61,587 nucleotides of DNA. Origin: Candidatus Omnitrophota bacterium. Lineage in GTDB: Bacteria > Omnitrophota > Gorgyraeia > Zapsychrales > Fredricksoniimonadaceae. A program made the position numbers and the translations under genes. This document shows, one piece after another, positions 17,056-27,557 of the stretch. Position 1 is the stretch's first letter, and each line of letters begins with the position of its first letter. The stretch spans positions 1-61,587 of the forward strand of contig JADFYF010000003.1 of NCBI GenBank assembly GCA_015233165.1. Direction: 5' to 3'. Below the pieces are notes generated by a model. The model did not search any database and was not told the DNA's origin. It worked only from the letters and a program-made list of their open reading frames with translations.

Positions 17056-18759
17056 CTATTCGTCGTCAGACGAAGAAATACGGTAGACTTCCGTGAGTGT
17101 CGTCTCTCCCTGACACATCTTATCAAGACAATCATCGAAAAGCAATTTCATCCCTTGTTTTTCCTGAGCATAACGTGCAATCTCCGCAGAGGAAGCTCCC
17201 CGAAGCAACAGCTCCCTGACGTGATCATCAATCACAAGAATCTCAGTAATTCCCATACGCCCTAAATAGCCTGTATTCCGACAACGATTACACCCTTTAC
17301 CTTCGTAGAAAATAGTATCCGGCTTAATTTTATACTTAATCTTCTCCAAAGCTTTTTCGGGCACAATGACAGGAGCCTTACAATAAGGACAAATACGACG
17401 ACAAAGTCTCTGAGCACAAACTAAAAGCAAACTAGATGCCACTAAGAAAGGTTCCAGCCCCATATCCACCAAACGAGTCAAGGCTCCTGCAGCATCATTA
17501 GTATGCAAAGTAGACAACACCAGCTGTCCTGTTAAAGACGCCTTAATGGCAATATCGGCCGTTTCATTGTCTCGAATTTCACCCACCATGACAATATCTG
17601 GAGACTGACGCAACACCGATTTTAACCCCATAGCAAAATTAAAACCAATATCCTGCTTCACCTCAATCTGAGTCAATCCATCAATCAAGTATTCAACGGG
17701 ATCTTCAATCGTGATGATATTACGCTCTGAAGTGTTCAGTTTATTAATAATAGAATACAGCGTCGTAGACTTACCACTTCCTGTTGGACCCGTCACCAGC
17801 ACCATTCCAAAAGGCTTATGAACCGTTTCTTCCAATATTGTCATTGACCGTTTAGAAAAACCCAATTTATTTAACCCAACAGACAGATTGCTTTTATCCA
17901 AAATACGCATAACCACCTTTTGAGCAAAGGTTGTAGGCAACAAAGATAAACGAAAATCAATTTCTCCTGTAGGCATACGCATTTTAAAACGCCCATCCTG
18001 AGGCATCTGGAAAGATGTAATATCCACACGAGCCATGATTTTAATACGAACAATGACAGAGTTTTGACTTTCCACAGGTACAGTAAGGATATCCTGTAAA
18101 ATACCGTCGATTCTATACCGCACCCTCATCCCCTCCGCCGAAGGTTCCATATGAATATCCGACGCTCTTTGACGAATAGCTTCTTTAATAATCAGATTCA
18201 CCATTCTAATAATTGGCGCATGATCTCCTGAGTCCGAATCGATATTCATCTGTTGGAACTGCTCATCAATAATGGATAATTCCACATCAGGCATATTTTC
18301 CGTGACCTGAGCAATCGTTTGGGCAACCGAAGCATAATATTGATTCTGAATATTTAAAATCTGAGAATACGACGCCAACACCATCTCTATCGTCTTTCCT
18401 GTTAAGCTTCGCAGGTCATCTAAAATATAAACATTCAAAGGATCAGAAACAGCTACCGTCAAGGTCTCGGCAAAACTAGACAAAGGAACAATTCCATATT
18501 GGCGGGCAAATTTCTCAGGAACAATATCTCGAAGATTAGGATCTAAACGATACTTATTTAGATCAATGGATGGAATACGTAGTTCCTTGACCAACAATAT
18601 CAGCAAGTCCTGTTCCGAAATAATTCCCTGCTTGATGATTGCTCTAGTTAGCCCCATATTCTTATCCATACTGGCATAAACTAGGGCATCAAAATCCGAA
18701 GGATTGATACTAGGCAATTTACGAAGCGCTTTTAAAATTTTATCTCGGGTTGATTCCAT
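17056..18759 (-). CDS. PilB/GspE-family secretion ATPase, paralog 2
   Basis: Walker A GPTGSGKST, Walker B/Asp box DIVMVGEIRD, tetracysteine CPYCK...CNRC. Confidence 0.9.
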   Translation of the reverse strand: MESTRDKILKALRKLPSINPSDFDALVYASMDKNMGLTRAIIKQGIISEQDLLILLVKELRIPSIDLNKYRLDPNLRDIVPEKFARQYGIVPLSSFAETLTVAVSDPLNVYILDDLRSLTGKTIEMVLASYSQILNIQNQYYASVAQTIAQVTENMPDVELSIIDEQFQQMNIDSDSGDHAPIIRMVNLIIKEAIRQRASDIHMEPSAEGMRVRYRIDGILQDILTVPVESQNSVIVRIKIMARVDITSFQMPQDGRFKMRMPTGEIDFRLSLLPTTFAQKVVMRILDKSNLSVGLNKLGFSKRSMTILEETVHKPFGMVLVTGPTGSGKSTTLYSIINKLNTSERNIITIEDPVEYLIDGLTQIEVKQDIGFNFAMGLKSVLRQSPDIVMVGEIRDNETADIAIKASLTGQLVLSTLHTNDAAGALTRLVDMGLEPFLVASSLLLVCAQRLCRRICPYCKAPVIVPEKALEKIKYKIKPDTIFYEGKGCNRCRNTGYLGRMGITEILVIDDHVRELLLRGASSAEIARYAQEKQGMKLLFDDCLDKMCQGETTLTEVYRISSSDDE

Positions 18760-18760
18760 A

Positions 18761-20485
18761 TTAATCCGTTGCTGTTAAACGAACAACCTCTTCTAAGCTG
18801 GTTAACCCTCGACAAGCTTTAAACACAGCATCTTCTCTCATCGTCTTCATTCCCTGTTCACGAGCACAGGCCTTAATTTCCATTTCTGAAGCCCTAGACA
18901 GAATTAACTCTTTAATTTTTGCCGTTAAAGACAACGTTTCTGTTATCCCCACCCTACCTTTATACCCACTCTTAAAACACTTCTCACATCCCTTAGGCCT
19001 ATAAAATGTCATACAATGCCCTGGCATCAGCTGATCCACATGAAATTCTTCAATCGCTTCTTTTGGAAGAGTATACGCTTCACGACAATGAGAACAGATA
19101 CGTCTAACTAATCGCTGAGCAACAATCCCGATCACTGAAGAACAAATCAGGAATGGTTCTATCCCCATATTAATCATACGGGTAATAGAGCCTGCTGCTG
19201 TTGTCGTATGCAAGGAGGATAATACCAAATGTCCGGTTAAAGCCGCTTTAACAGCAATATCCAAGGTATCGGAATCACGAATTTCTCCGATGAGAATCAC
19301 ATCAGGATCTTGCCGCAGAATAGATCGCAGAGCTGCCGGAAAGGTCAAGCCCACTTCCGTACGGATATTCACCTGATTCAAACCCTTCATCTGAAATTCA
19401 ACAGGATCCTCAACAGTAATAATATTTTTCCCCGGACTATCAATGTGCTTCAAAATAGAGTACAAGGTTGTTGTCTTACCGCTGCCAGTTGGTCCACAGG
19501 CTAAAATCAACCCATGCGGCCTATGACAACATTCTTTTAAACGAATCAATGAGTCTGCTTCAAAACCCAGCTTATCAACGTCTAGCATATCCAAATTCTT
19601 ATCTAAGACGCGAAGAACAATCTTCTCCCCCAAGGCTGTCGGCAAAACATTCACGCGAAAATCGACTTCCTTTCCATGGGAGTCAATACTACGAAAACGA
19701 CCATCCTGAGGCAGGCGATGCTCAGCAATATCCAAATTAGAAATAACCTTAATACGAGAAATGATTGAAAAATGTAACGCTTTTGCCAAATGATCGGCTT
19801 CTCGAAGAAAACCATCGATCCGATAACGGATGCGCAATGAGTTCTGCATAGGTTCAATAAATATGTCACTTGCCTTTGCAATAATAGCCTGCTGAATAAT
19901 TGTATTAGTTAAAGTAATGATAGGAGCCTCATGAAAAAGACTTTCAACCTCCCTTTTATCCGACGGACCTGCCCCCTCTTTAACTAACTCCAAATCCTCA
20001 GACTCCTTAATATCCTTAAGGATTTCTTCTAAATTATCCTTAGCATCTTCTCCTGCGGAGTAAAACTTATCGATGGTGAGTTTAATATCCTTAGTCCTAG
20101 CCATCACAACATTAATCGACAGACCGCTGACCGCCCGAACATTATCGATAGCAACAACATTCATAGGATCAACAATGGCGATCGTTAATTGATCTCCGAT
20201 TTTTGATAAAGGAATTAATTGATAGGACAAAGCGACAGATTTTGGAACCAACTTAACTAATTCTGGATCGATTTTGAACAAAGATAAATTAATGATAGGA
20301 ATTTTAAGAGCTTCACTGAGGGCTACAGATAAAACATCTTCAGAAATGAGTTTAAGCTTAAGAAGAACGTTGCTTAACTCTCCCCCAAAAGACTTTTGCT
20401 CATTTAAGGCTCGATCGATGTCAGAGGCAGATACAAGATTGTCACGCAGCAGAATTTCTTTGAGACATTTGTTTAAAGGGACCAT
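18761..20485 (-). CDS. pilB: Type IV pilus assembly ATPase
   Basis: Walker A GPTGSGKTT, DVILIGEIRD, tetracysteine CSHC...CEKC, T2SSE_N-type N-terminus. Confidence 0.9.
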   Translation of the reverse strand: MVPLNKCLKEILLRDNLVSASDIDRALNEQKSFGGELSNVLLKLKLISEDVLSVALSEALKIPIINLSLFKIDPELVKLVPKSVALSYQLIPLSKIGDQLTIAIVDPMNVVAIDNVRAVSGLSINVVMARTKDIKLTIDKFYSAGEDAKDNLEEILKDIKESEDLELVKEGAGPSDKREVESLFHEAPIITLTNTIIQQAIIAKASDIFIEPMQNSLRIRYRIDGFLREADHLAKALHFSIISRIKVISNLDIAEHRLPQDGRFRSIDSHGKEVDFRVNVLPTALGEKIVLRVLDKNLDMLDVDKLGFEADSLIRLKECCHRPHGLILACGPTGSGKTTTLYSILKHIDSPGKNIITVEDPVEFQMKGLNQVNIRTEVGLTFPAALRSILRQDPDVILIGEIRDSDTLDIAVKAALTGHLVLSSLHTTTAAGSITRMINMGIEPFLICSSVIGIVAQRLVRRICSHCREAYTLPKEAIEEFHVDQLMPGHCMTFYRPKGCEKCFKSGYKGRVGITETLSLTAKIKELILSRASEMEIKACAREQGMKTMREDAVFKACRGLTSLEEVVRLTATD

Positions 20486-20506
20486 GGATTCTTCGTGAAA
20501 GAGGCA

Positions 20507-20956
20507 TTAGACAGCTTCATAATAACGCTTAATTGCTGCTTTAATATCCGTAGCTGTACTGACAAACGCTTGCACCATACACGCCGTTGCCGACTCGACA
20601 TCTTCCAAGGCCTTCGTGTTCAAAGGGTTAGCCATGGCTAGGGTCAAACTCTTACCAATCTTATCAATAGGAACTAAGCAATGTCTTTTGCAAAGCTCTA
20701 CAGGAACAGTTGTTAAAACTTCAGGGGCAATTTCATAGTTACCTAACGGTAAAAAAGGAAACCCATACTGAGAGGTAAGCGCCTGCACGATAATCTCTTC
20801 AGTGGCATATCTAAGCTCAACTAAGGCTTCTCCAAAAAGAATATTCTTTTCCTTCTGGACCTTGAGAGCCTCCTCCAATTGACCATGGGTAATCAAACCC
20901 CTTTCAATCAAAATTTCCCCTAATTGCTTATTAACAACCTTACGAAAGTTTTTCAT
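20507..20956 (-). CDS. Stand-alone GspE/MshE N-terminal (MshEN-like) domain protein
   Basis: QLGEILIERGLITHGQLEEALKVQ-KEKNI-LFGEALVELRYATEEIIVQALTSQ. 149 aa, no ATPase domain. Confidence 0.7.
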   Translation of the reverse strand: MKNFRKVVNKQLGEILIERGLITHGQLEEALKVQKEKNILFGEALVELRYATEEIIVQALTSQYGFPFLPLGNYEIAPEVLTTVPVELCKRHCLVPIDKIGKSLTLAMANPLNTKALEDVESATACMVQAFVSTATDIKAAIKRYYEAV

Positions 20957-21024
20957 AGCCTTAGAATTTTAACACAAAAACATCTGTTTTCGATAAAAAT
21001 GAAATCAATTTTCACGAGTATCTT

Positions 21025-22161
21025 CTAAAAAACAGTCCTTCTTCTACCTAGGTTTAAAAGAAACCCAAGCATAATTGCAAAAATCAAAAAAGAAGTGCGT
21101 CCATAACTAATTAAGGGAAGAGGAACCCCAACGACAGGACATAAACCAATATTCATTCCGATATTAATAATCACCTGCATGGCTAAGATAGAAATAATCC
21201 CGATCGTCACCAATTGACCAAAACGATCCTTGTTGTGATAAGCAATCATAAAGCCACAATAAATGATAGCCACGTAACAATACAACAAAAATAGGGAACC
21301 CAAAAGACCCCATTCTTCCCCAATCACTGAAAAGATAAAATCCGTATGTCTTTCTGTTAGAAAATTAAGCTGATTCTGTGTCCCAGCCAGCCACCCTTTG
21401 CCTAACAACTGTCCTGAACCGACAGCAATTTTAGACTGCGTAATTGTATACCCTGCTCCTGTGGGATCATGATTAGGATTTAAGAAAACTGTAAGCCTAT
21501 CTCTCTGATAAGGTTTTAAAAAATGCCAGCCTAAAGGCATTAAAGCCAAAAGAATACCCATAAAAATTAAGAAAATTCTATGTGAAACCCCACTAGCATA
21601 AACCATGATGATAAAAATTCCGAAAACCAAAATTGCCGTCCCTAAATCCGGTTGTTTAAAAATCAAAAGAGCAGAAATTCCTACACCTCCCAAGGGCAAA
21701 AGAAGATCATCCCATAATCCCATTAATGAACTCCCGAAATCAAAGGCCAGTTTAGGATGTTGCTGACTAAGATAACGACCTAAAAACAAAATAACAGCTA
21801 ACTTGCTGAGTTCTGAAGGCTGAAATCTAAAACCCAAAATAGAAAACCATCGCGTTGCACCTAAGGCATGATGGCCTAAAAAAAAGACTAAGACTAAAAA
21901 TAAAACACTAAAACCATATATAAAATACGCGAAATCAAAAAACTTGCGATAATCAATAAAACTTAAAACAAACATCACAAATAAACCAAAAAGAGCAAAA
22001 AAGAACTGGTCATAAAACACCTCTTGCCCAACCCTAGTATTGTTATAGGAAGCACTATACAAGGCGGCCAATCCTAAGGCCATGATGAAGATGGTGTGAA
22101 TCCAGATAATCTTAGATATATCACGTTGAGCAATCATAAGGCGGTCATTATAACACAACAA
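21025..22161 (-). CDS. rodA: FtsW/RodA/SpoVE-family peptidoglycan polymerase
   Basis: Polytopic membrane protein with a conserved GEEWGLLGS-type region; 378 aa. Confidence 0.8.
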   Translation of the reverse strand: MLCYNDRLMIAQRDISKIIWIHTIFIMALGLAALYSASYNNTRVGQEVFYDQFFFALFGLFVMFVLSFIDYRKFFDFAYFIYGFSVLFLVLVFFLGHHALGATRWFSILGFRFQPSELSKLAVILFLGRYLSQQHPKLAFDFGSSLMGLWDDLLLPLGGVGISALLIFKQPDLGTAILVFGIFIIMVYASGVSHRIFLIFMGILLALMPLGWHFLKPYQRDRLTVFLNPNHDPTGAGYTITQSKIAVGSGQLLGKGWLAGTQNQLNFLTERHTDFIFSVIGEEWGLLGSLFLLYCYVAIIYCGFMIAYHNKDRFGQLVTIGIISILAMQVIINIGMNIGLCPVVGVPLPLISYGRTSFLIFAIMLGFLLNLGRRRTVF

Positions 22162-22216
22162 CTATCCATTAGTGGCCTCGACTAAAAGGTCCTAAGAAGA
22201 ATTCTTAAAACAGTTT

Positions 22217-22666
22217 TTATTGAAAATATCGGTCTAAACTAAATGCCTTAACCTTGATCGGTTGACTGATAAGCCAGATGATGGATAACAGGGTAAAACT
22301 ATCGAAGAGAATAATATGCTGCGGCAAAATGTGAATAGACTCACCAAAACAGCCACACTGATCCATCGGCAAATGTCTAAGGAGAGCCTGTCCTACAATA
22401 AAAATAAATCCAGCAAACAATAACAATGCCCCTTTTAAAGCCCATTGTGTCCATAAACCTAGAAGCATAAAGAGCCCTACCATAAGTTCTACCCAAGGAA
22501 CAGAAATAGCGACTATCTTTTCTAACCAAGTAGGAAAGAATTCATAAGCTTGAAGGACATATAAGAAATTCTGATAAGGACTAAGAAGTTTCTCAAAGCC
22601 TGAGGCAAGAAGGACAATACCGATAATAATACGAAGGAATACAACCATATTATTTAGATTTAACAA
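22217..22666 (-). CDS. MauE/DoxX-like membrane protein
   Basis: Four TM segments and a CGCF motif. Overlaps the upstream DsbA-like gene by 17 nt. Confidence 0.55.
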   Translation of the reverse strand: MLNLNNMVVFLRIIIGIVLLASGFEKLLSPYQNFLYVLQAYEFFPTWLEKIVAISVPWVELMVGLFMLLGLWTQWALKGALLLFAGFIFIVGQALLRHLPMDQCGCFGESIHILPQHIILFDSFTLLSIIWLISQPIKVKAFSLDRYFQ

Positions 22667-23270
22667 AATAAGCCTCTAACTCATCTACCAGAGACTTACC
22701 ACCCACCACCATTTTCTTATTAATAAAATAAGTTGGTGTTGATTGAACGCTTAAAGAACGCCCCATATTCTTCTCACTCATAATAGTTTTAGAAACATCT
22801 TCCAAAGAAAGACATGTCTTTAATTTGCCCATATCCATTCCTGCCCCTTTAGCTAACTGATCAAAAATTCCTTCCGCATTAACCAATGGGCTCCACTGAG
22901 CCTGTTGAGCCATAAGAGGATCAAAAAATGGCCAAAACTTCCCCTGGCGAGCAGAGCACTCGACATAGGAAGCAACCTGCAATGCATGATGATGAATATT
23001 CATTAAAGGATAATATTTAACTTCTAAACGAATATCGCCAGGATGGGCCTCTATATATTCTTTAAGCTTTCCTGCTCCGTAGGCACAGGCCGGACATTCA
23101 AAATCAATAAACTCAACAATATTAATCTTGGCCGTCTGAGGACCTTTCGTACGGGCTGCAACAGGATCAATGACAACCGCAGAATTAAACTGAATCCATT
23201 TAACAATCAAAACCACCGCAACGACTGAAATAATGATGAGTACTGTTAGATTTTTCTTAGATAGAGACAT
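22650..23270 (-). CDS. DsbA-family thiol:disulfide oxidoreductase
   Basis: N-terminal TM anchor and a thioredoxin-fold CPAC active site. Confidence 0.8.
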   Translation of the reverse strand: MSLSKKNLTVLIIISVVAVVLIVKWIQFNSAVVIDPVAARTKGPQTAKINIVEFIDFECPACAYGAGKLKEYIEAHPGDIRLEVKYYPLMNIHHHALQVASYVECSARQGKFWPFFDPLMAQQAQWSPLVNAEGIFDQLAKGAGMDMGKLKTCLSLEDVSKTIMSEKNMGRSLSVQSTPTYFINKKMVVGGKSLVDELEAYFVKSK

Positions 23271-23286
23271 CGTTTGTTCACCTATT

Positions 23287-24783
23287 TTAGATTCTTTTTG
23301 AAAGACGAGTCACCTTAAATAATTTAGCAGCTAATGAAGATTTCAGAGCTTTGCCTTCAAATCGCCATTTCCAATTATTAACCTTAGTTGCGGGAGTATT
23401 CATACGAGCATCTGCTCCCAAACCTAATATATCTACCAATGGAACGATAACCATATTCGCTTTTGATTTCATCAAAACCTCAATCATCTGCCAATGCAAT
23501 TGACGAGGATTAGGCTTCAAATCAAGTACAGCTTTAATATTAGCCCTCTCGTGCTCCTTAGACTCCTGATAATACCAACCTTGAACCGTATTATTATCAT
23601 GGGTCCCTGTGTACGCCACACAATTCGCCGGATAATTTTTAGGCACATGAGGATTTTTCTTAGGGTCTCCATTAAAACCAAACAACATAACCCTCATCCC
23701 TGGAAAACGAAATTGGTTCATTAATTTAACAACATCACTGCTTGCTTCTCCCAGATCCTCGGCAATCAAAGGCAGGGTTTTAAATTGTTTTTGCAAGGCT
23801 TTAAAAAAATCATCTCCTGGCCCCTTAACCCACTGACCAAAGACAGCTAATTTTTCATGGGAAGGAATCTGCCAAAAAGACGAAAATCCACGAAAATGAT
23901 CAATACGTAAACAATCAAATAAAGACAAGTTATTTTTAATACGATTCACCCACCAAATATACTTGGCCTTCTTTAATTTGGCCCAATCATAAACAGGATT
24001 TCCCCAACGCTGACCGGTTTTCGAAAAATAATCTGGAGGACATCCGCTAACAAACTTCAATCGACCATCTTTATCTAATTTAAAATACTGACGATTGCAC
24101 CAAACATCAGCGCTGTCAAAATTTACATAAATAGGAATATCTCCCACAATAGAAATACCTCTTTCATTGGCATAGGTCTTTAACTTATGCCATTGATAGA
24201 AAAACAAAAACTGAATAAATTTGACCTCTTCAATTTTCTTAGCATGTTTCTTGTTAAAATCCGCCAAGGCTTTAGGCTGGCGGTTCTTAAACGCGGCAGG
24301 CCATTGATCCCAACACTCTCCTGCAAAAACCTCCTTAGCCACTAGAAAAGTCGCAAAATCATTCAGCCAATTTCTTTGTTCCGCCACAAACAATTCATAA
24401 GCACCATTATAAGATTTGTCAGAAAATCTTTTAAAAGCTCGTTCAAACACCTTCTGTTTAAAAGCAGAAACCTTAACAAAATCCACTTGATCTTGCTCTG
24501 TTTCTGCAACTCGTTTAACATGAGAAGGTTTAATTAGCCCATCCATGACTAATAAGTCAGGACTTATAAATAAAGGGTTCCCAGCAAAAGCAGAAAAACA
24601 ACTATAAGGAGAATGCCCATTAATGCCATCGGTAGGATTAATCGGTAGAATCTGCCAATAAGTCTGACCTGCACTTTTAAGAAAATCAACAAAGGCATAA
24701 GCATGAGGACCTAAATCGCCAATACCATAAACGGAGGGTAAAGAACTAATATGAAGCAATACGCCACTGGATCTTAATCTCAT
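23287..24783 (-). CDS. malQ: 4-alpha-glucanotransferase (GH77 amylomaltase)
   Basis: RIDHFRG, AEDLG and TGTHDN catalytic-region motifs. Confidence 0.9.
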   Translation of the reverse strand: MRLRSSGVLLHISSLPSVYGIGDLGPHAYAFVDFLKSAGQTYWQILPINPTDGINGHSPYSCFSAFAGNPLFISPDLLVMDGLIKPSHVKRVAETEQDQVDFVKVSAFKQKVFERAFKRFSDKSYNGAYELFVAEQRNWLNDFATFLVAKEVFAGECWDQWPAAFKNRQPKALADFNKKHAKKIEEVKFIQFLFFYQWHKLKTYANERGISIVGDIPIYVNFDSADVWCNRQYFKLDKDGRLKFVSGCPPDYFSKTGQRWGNPVYDWAKLKKAKYIWWVNRIKNNLSLFDCLRIDHFRGFSSFWQIPSHEKLAVFGQWVKGPGDDFFKALQKQFKTLPLIAEDLGEASSDVVKLMNQFRFPGMRVMLFGFNGDPKKNPHVPKNYPANCVAYTGTHDNNTVQGWYYQESKEHERANIKAVLDLKPNPRQLHWQMIEVLMKSKANMVIVPLVDILGLGADARMNTPATKVNNWKWRFEGKALKSSLAAKLFKVTRLSKRI

Positions 24784-27233
24784 ACCAACATAGCTCCATC
24801 CACTAAAGAACCCTTATATTTAACCTGAAGTATATCACCCAATCGTTCGAACCAAAAAACCCACCTTGAGGCTAACTCATCCTTATCTTTTTGACTTAGA
24901 ATATCCGGATAAATCTTACGAACCATGGAGAAATAAACATTCTGGGTCAACCATAAATCTAAATCTAAATTTAGTTGTTCTAGCAATTCCAAGGTTAGCG
25001 CAATTCTTTCCATCAATACAATATCCTCAGGATGATCTTCCAACTTTTGCATCAGATGACTTAATCGCTTACTCGCCAAGAAACCAAAATTAGCCTGATC
25101 CCTTTTAAAAGCCCAACGCTTCATCTCTTGAACCAAGGTTCTCATTTTTTCGACGGGCAAATCATCACTTTCAATAAAAGCTACTAAATCCCGATTCAAA
25201 ACAAATTCAACAACAGTTGTTAACATTCTCGGTAATGGTAAACGACTGTCATTCTTAATCTGCATCAAAGGATAGTGATAGGAGTAAATCTGTCTAAAAG
25301 AATGTTCCATATCTTCAATAGTAGAGTGCAAAACGTGATTCAGAACTTTTTCTTGCTCCTGCTTGAACAAATCCCAAAGAGAGTAATTGCGAGCACCAAA
25401 ATACTGATTGATCAAAACAATCATATCAGGCACATTACTCTCTGAAAAAGCTTCAATGAGAGGGTTATACATTTTCTCAAAAGTATCCCCCTTTAAATAA
25501 TCCACCCCACCAATAAAATTATGGTCTCCTAAATGTAAAACAGTAAAACAAATATGAGCTTTCTCACCAGTAATATTCGAGAACACCCATCCATATCCCA
25601 AAGCCAGACGTAACCGCCCCGCTTCTTTAATCTCATAATGTTCACTCTTAATCGTATAGCAATACATCTGTAACTTTGAAGGATACTTCTCAAACAAAGA
25701 ACTTACCGCATAATGAGCACCAACTCTAAGCAAATCTACAACCGATGGCTTGACCATTGTTTTATAGATATGTGCCCCATCCTTGTATTCAGACGCATTG
25801 CTGAAAGCCTGCTCTAACAACTTCACAAATCCTCCCTCCAAATCAACACCTGTTACCTCATTGGCCAATTGAATGGATCGGGCGGCGTATTTAAGAATCT
25901 GGATCGTCTCAATCCCTGAAATATCCGAAAAAAACCATCCGCAAGATGTATACATCAAAAGGGCATTGTACTGCATCTCTAAAAGTTTCAATAACCGAAT
26001 ACGCTCCTCTTCATTCAAAACCTTGGGAATATGTTTCTTAATAAACCTGCGCACATTATCTTCACTACGGTCTAAAATTAAATCGATATATTGATCACGT
26101 AAAATCCATGCATCTACACCATAGAAATCAATATGTTGCTGATAAAGTTTAATCAATTGATCCCGAAGGCCATCTAATGCGTTACGAAGAGGCTGACGCC
26201 AATTTTGATTCCATCCTAATTGTCCACCGGTCGAACACCCGCAATTAGAACGCCAGCGTTCAACACCATGAGCACAGCTCCAGGAAGAATTCTCAACAAT
26301 ATTAACTTCATAACAAGAAGGATGTTTCTCTAAAAACTCACCATAAATTGTTAACCGACCAGACTTATGTGTTTGAATATATTGCAAGCAATACGCTAAG
26401 GCCATGTCACCAAACTTATGATGATGCCCATAGCTTTCTCCATCCGTCGCAATATTCACCAATTGAGCCTGTGAAACATCCTGCTTAAAAGCATTCGTCA
26501 GCTTATTTGCAAAATTCTCCCCATTATTTAAAAAACCTTCAAAAGCCACCCCTTGGGATAGAATTCCATCATAAAAGAAAATATTAATCGTACGACCTGA
26601 TGGCAGACGGCACAGATAAGCAATCTTAGAATCAACCTTTTGCCCCTGCACATTCTGCCACATGCCGTTTTGATCAAGAGGTCTAACCTCCTTAGCTTGA
26701 TTCGGTGCCAAAATAGTAAACTTAATACCGTATTCCGCCAGGATATCCAGCGTTTCTAAATCAACGGCCGTCTCAGCTAGCCACATGCCCTCGGGTTTAC
26801 GTCTAAAACGATATTCAAAATCTTTAATCCCCCAAAGAACCTGCGTACGCTTATCACGTGTATTCGCCAAAGGCATAATCATATGGCTAAAGACTTGCGC
26901 TATGGCGCTGCCGTGACCGGAGAAATTCTTTTGACTCAAATGATCTGCTTCTAAAATAGCTTCATAAGCTTCAGGAGATTTTTGTTCTAACCAGGAAAGT
27001 AACGTAGGGCCATAATTGAAGCTAATCTTGGAATAATTGTTAACAATATCAACAATCTTCTGACTACCATCTAAAATACGAGAAAATGCATTACGTGCGT
27101 AACACTCCGTATTAACTCGTTCATTCCAATTGTGATAAGGATGAGCAGACTCCTGAAGCTCAACTTCATCAAGCCACGGATTTTCTCTAGGAGGCTGATA
27201 AAAATGACCATGAATACAAATATAACGATTCAT
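24780..27233 (-). CDS. Glycoside hydrolase family 57 protein with a long C-terminal extension
   Basis: N-terminus ICIHGHFYQPPRENPW is typical of GH57. 817 aa. Confidence 0.85.
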   Translation of the reverse strand: MNRYICIHGHFYQPPRENPWLDEVELQESAHPYHNWNERVNTECYARNAFSRILDGSQKIVDIVNNYSKISFNYGPTLLSWLEQKSPEAYEAILEADHLSQKNFSGHGSAIAQVFSHMIMPLANTRDKRTQVLWGIKDFEYRFRRKPEGMWLAETAVDLETLDILAEYGIKFTILAPNQAKEVRPLDQNGMWQNVQGQKVDSKIAYLCRLPSGRTINIFFYDGILSQGVAFEGFLNNGENFANKLTNAFKQDVSQAQLVNIATDGESYGHHHKFGDMALAYCLQYIQTHKSGRLTIYGEFLEKHPSCYEVNIVENSSWSCAHGVERWRSNCGCSTGGQLGWNQNWRQPLRNALDGLRDQLIKLYQQHIDFYGVDAWILRDQYIDLILDRSEDNVRRFIKKHIPKVLNEEERIRLLKLLEMQYNALLMYTSCGWFFSDISGIETIQILKYAARSIQLANEVTGVDLEGGFVKLLEQAFSNASEYKDGAHIYKTMVKPSVVDLLRVGAHYAVSSLFEKYPSKLQMYCYTIKSEHYEIKEAGRLRLALGYGWVFSNITGEKAHICFTVLHLGDHNFIGGVDYLKGDTFEKMYNPLIEAFSESNVPDMIVLINQYFGARNYSLWDLFKQEQEKVLNHVLHSTIEDMEHSFRQIYSYHYPLMQIKNDSRLPLPRMLTTVVEFVLNRDLVAFIESDDLPVEKMRTLVQEMKRWAFKRDQANFGFLASKRLSHLMQKLEDHPEDIVLMERIALTLELLEQLNLDLDLWLTQNVYFSMVRKIYPDILSQKDKDELASRWVFWFERLGDILQVKYKGSLVDGAMLV

Positions 27234-27254
27234 AAATTAATCTATCCTGAAGAA

Positions 27255-27557
27255 CTATCTTTTCACTCTTTTTTGAGTCTTAGCAGGTGTACTAGGTATG
27301 GCACCTTGAATGTCATTATTCATGTTATACATTAAACTATTAAAAGACTGTATTTCCGTATCTACTAATGATACGAAGGTGCGGCGATTCTTGATGGAAT
27401 AATTAATCTTATCCTCACGGGCTAGCCAACCCAAAGCCTGAAAAACAACCTGTTCATTTTCTTTCAGGTCTTGGGCCAGCTTAGAAACACCGTACTCCCC
27501 ATTTTGACCCAAAAATCTCCATGTTTTTCCTGCTACTTCAATTATTTTCTCTTTCAT
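27255..27557 (-). CDS. Small winged-helix-like protein (hypothetical)
   Basis: 100 aa with KLAQDLKENEQVVFQALGWLAREDKI, which resembles wHTH-type proteins. Overlaps the glgB stop by 20 nt. Confidence 0.45.
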   Translation of the reverse strand: MKEKIIEVAGKTWRFLGQNGEYGVSKLAQDLKENEQVVFQALGWLAREDKINYSIKNRRTFVSLVDTEIQSFNSLMYNMNNDIQGAIPSTPAKTQKRVKR

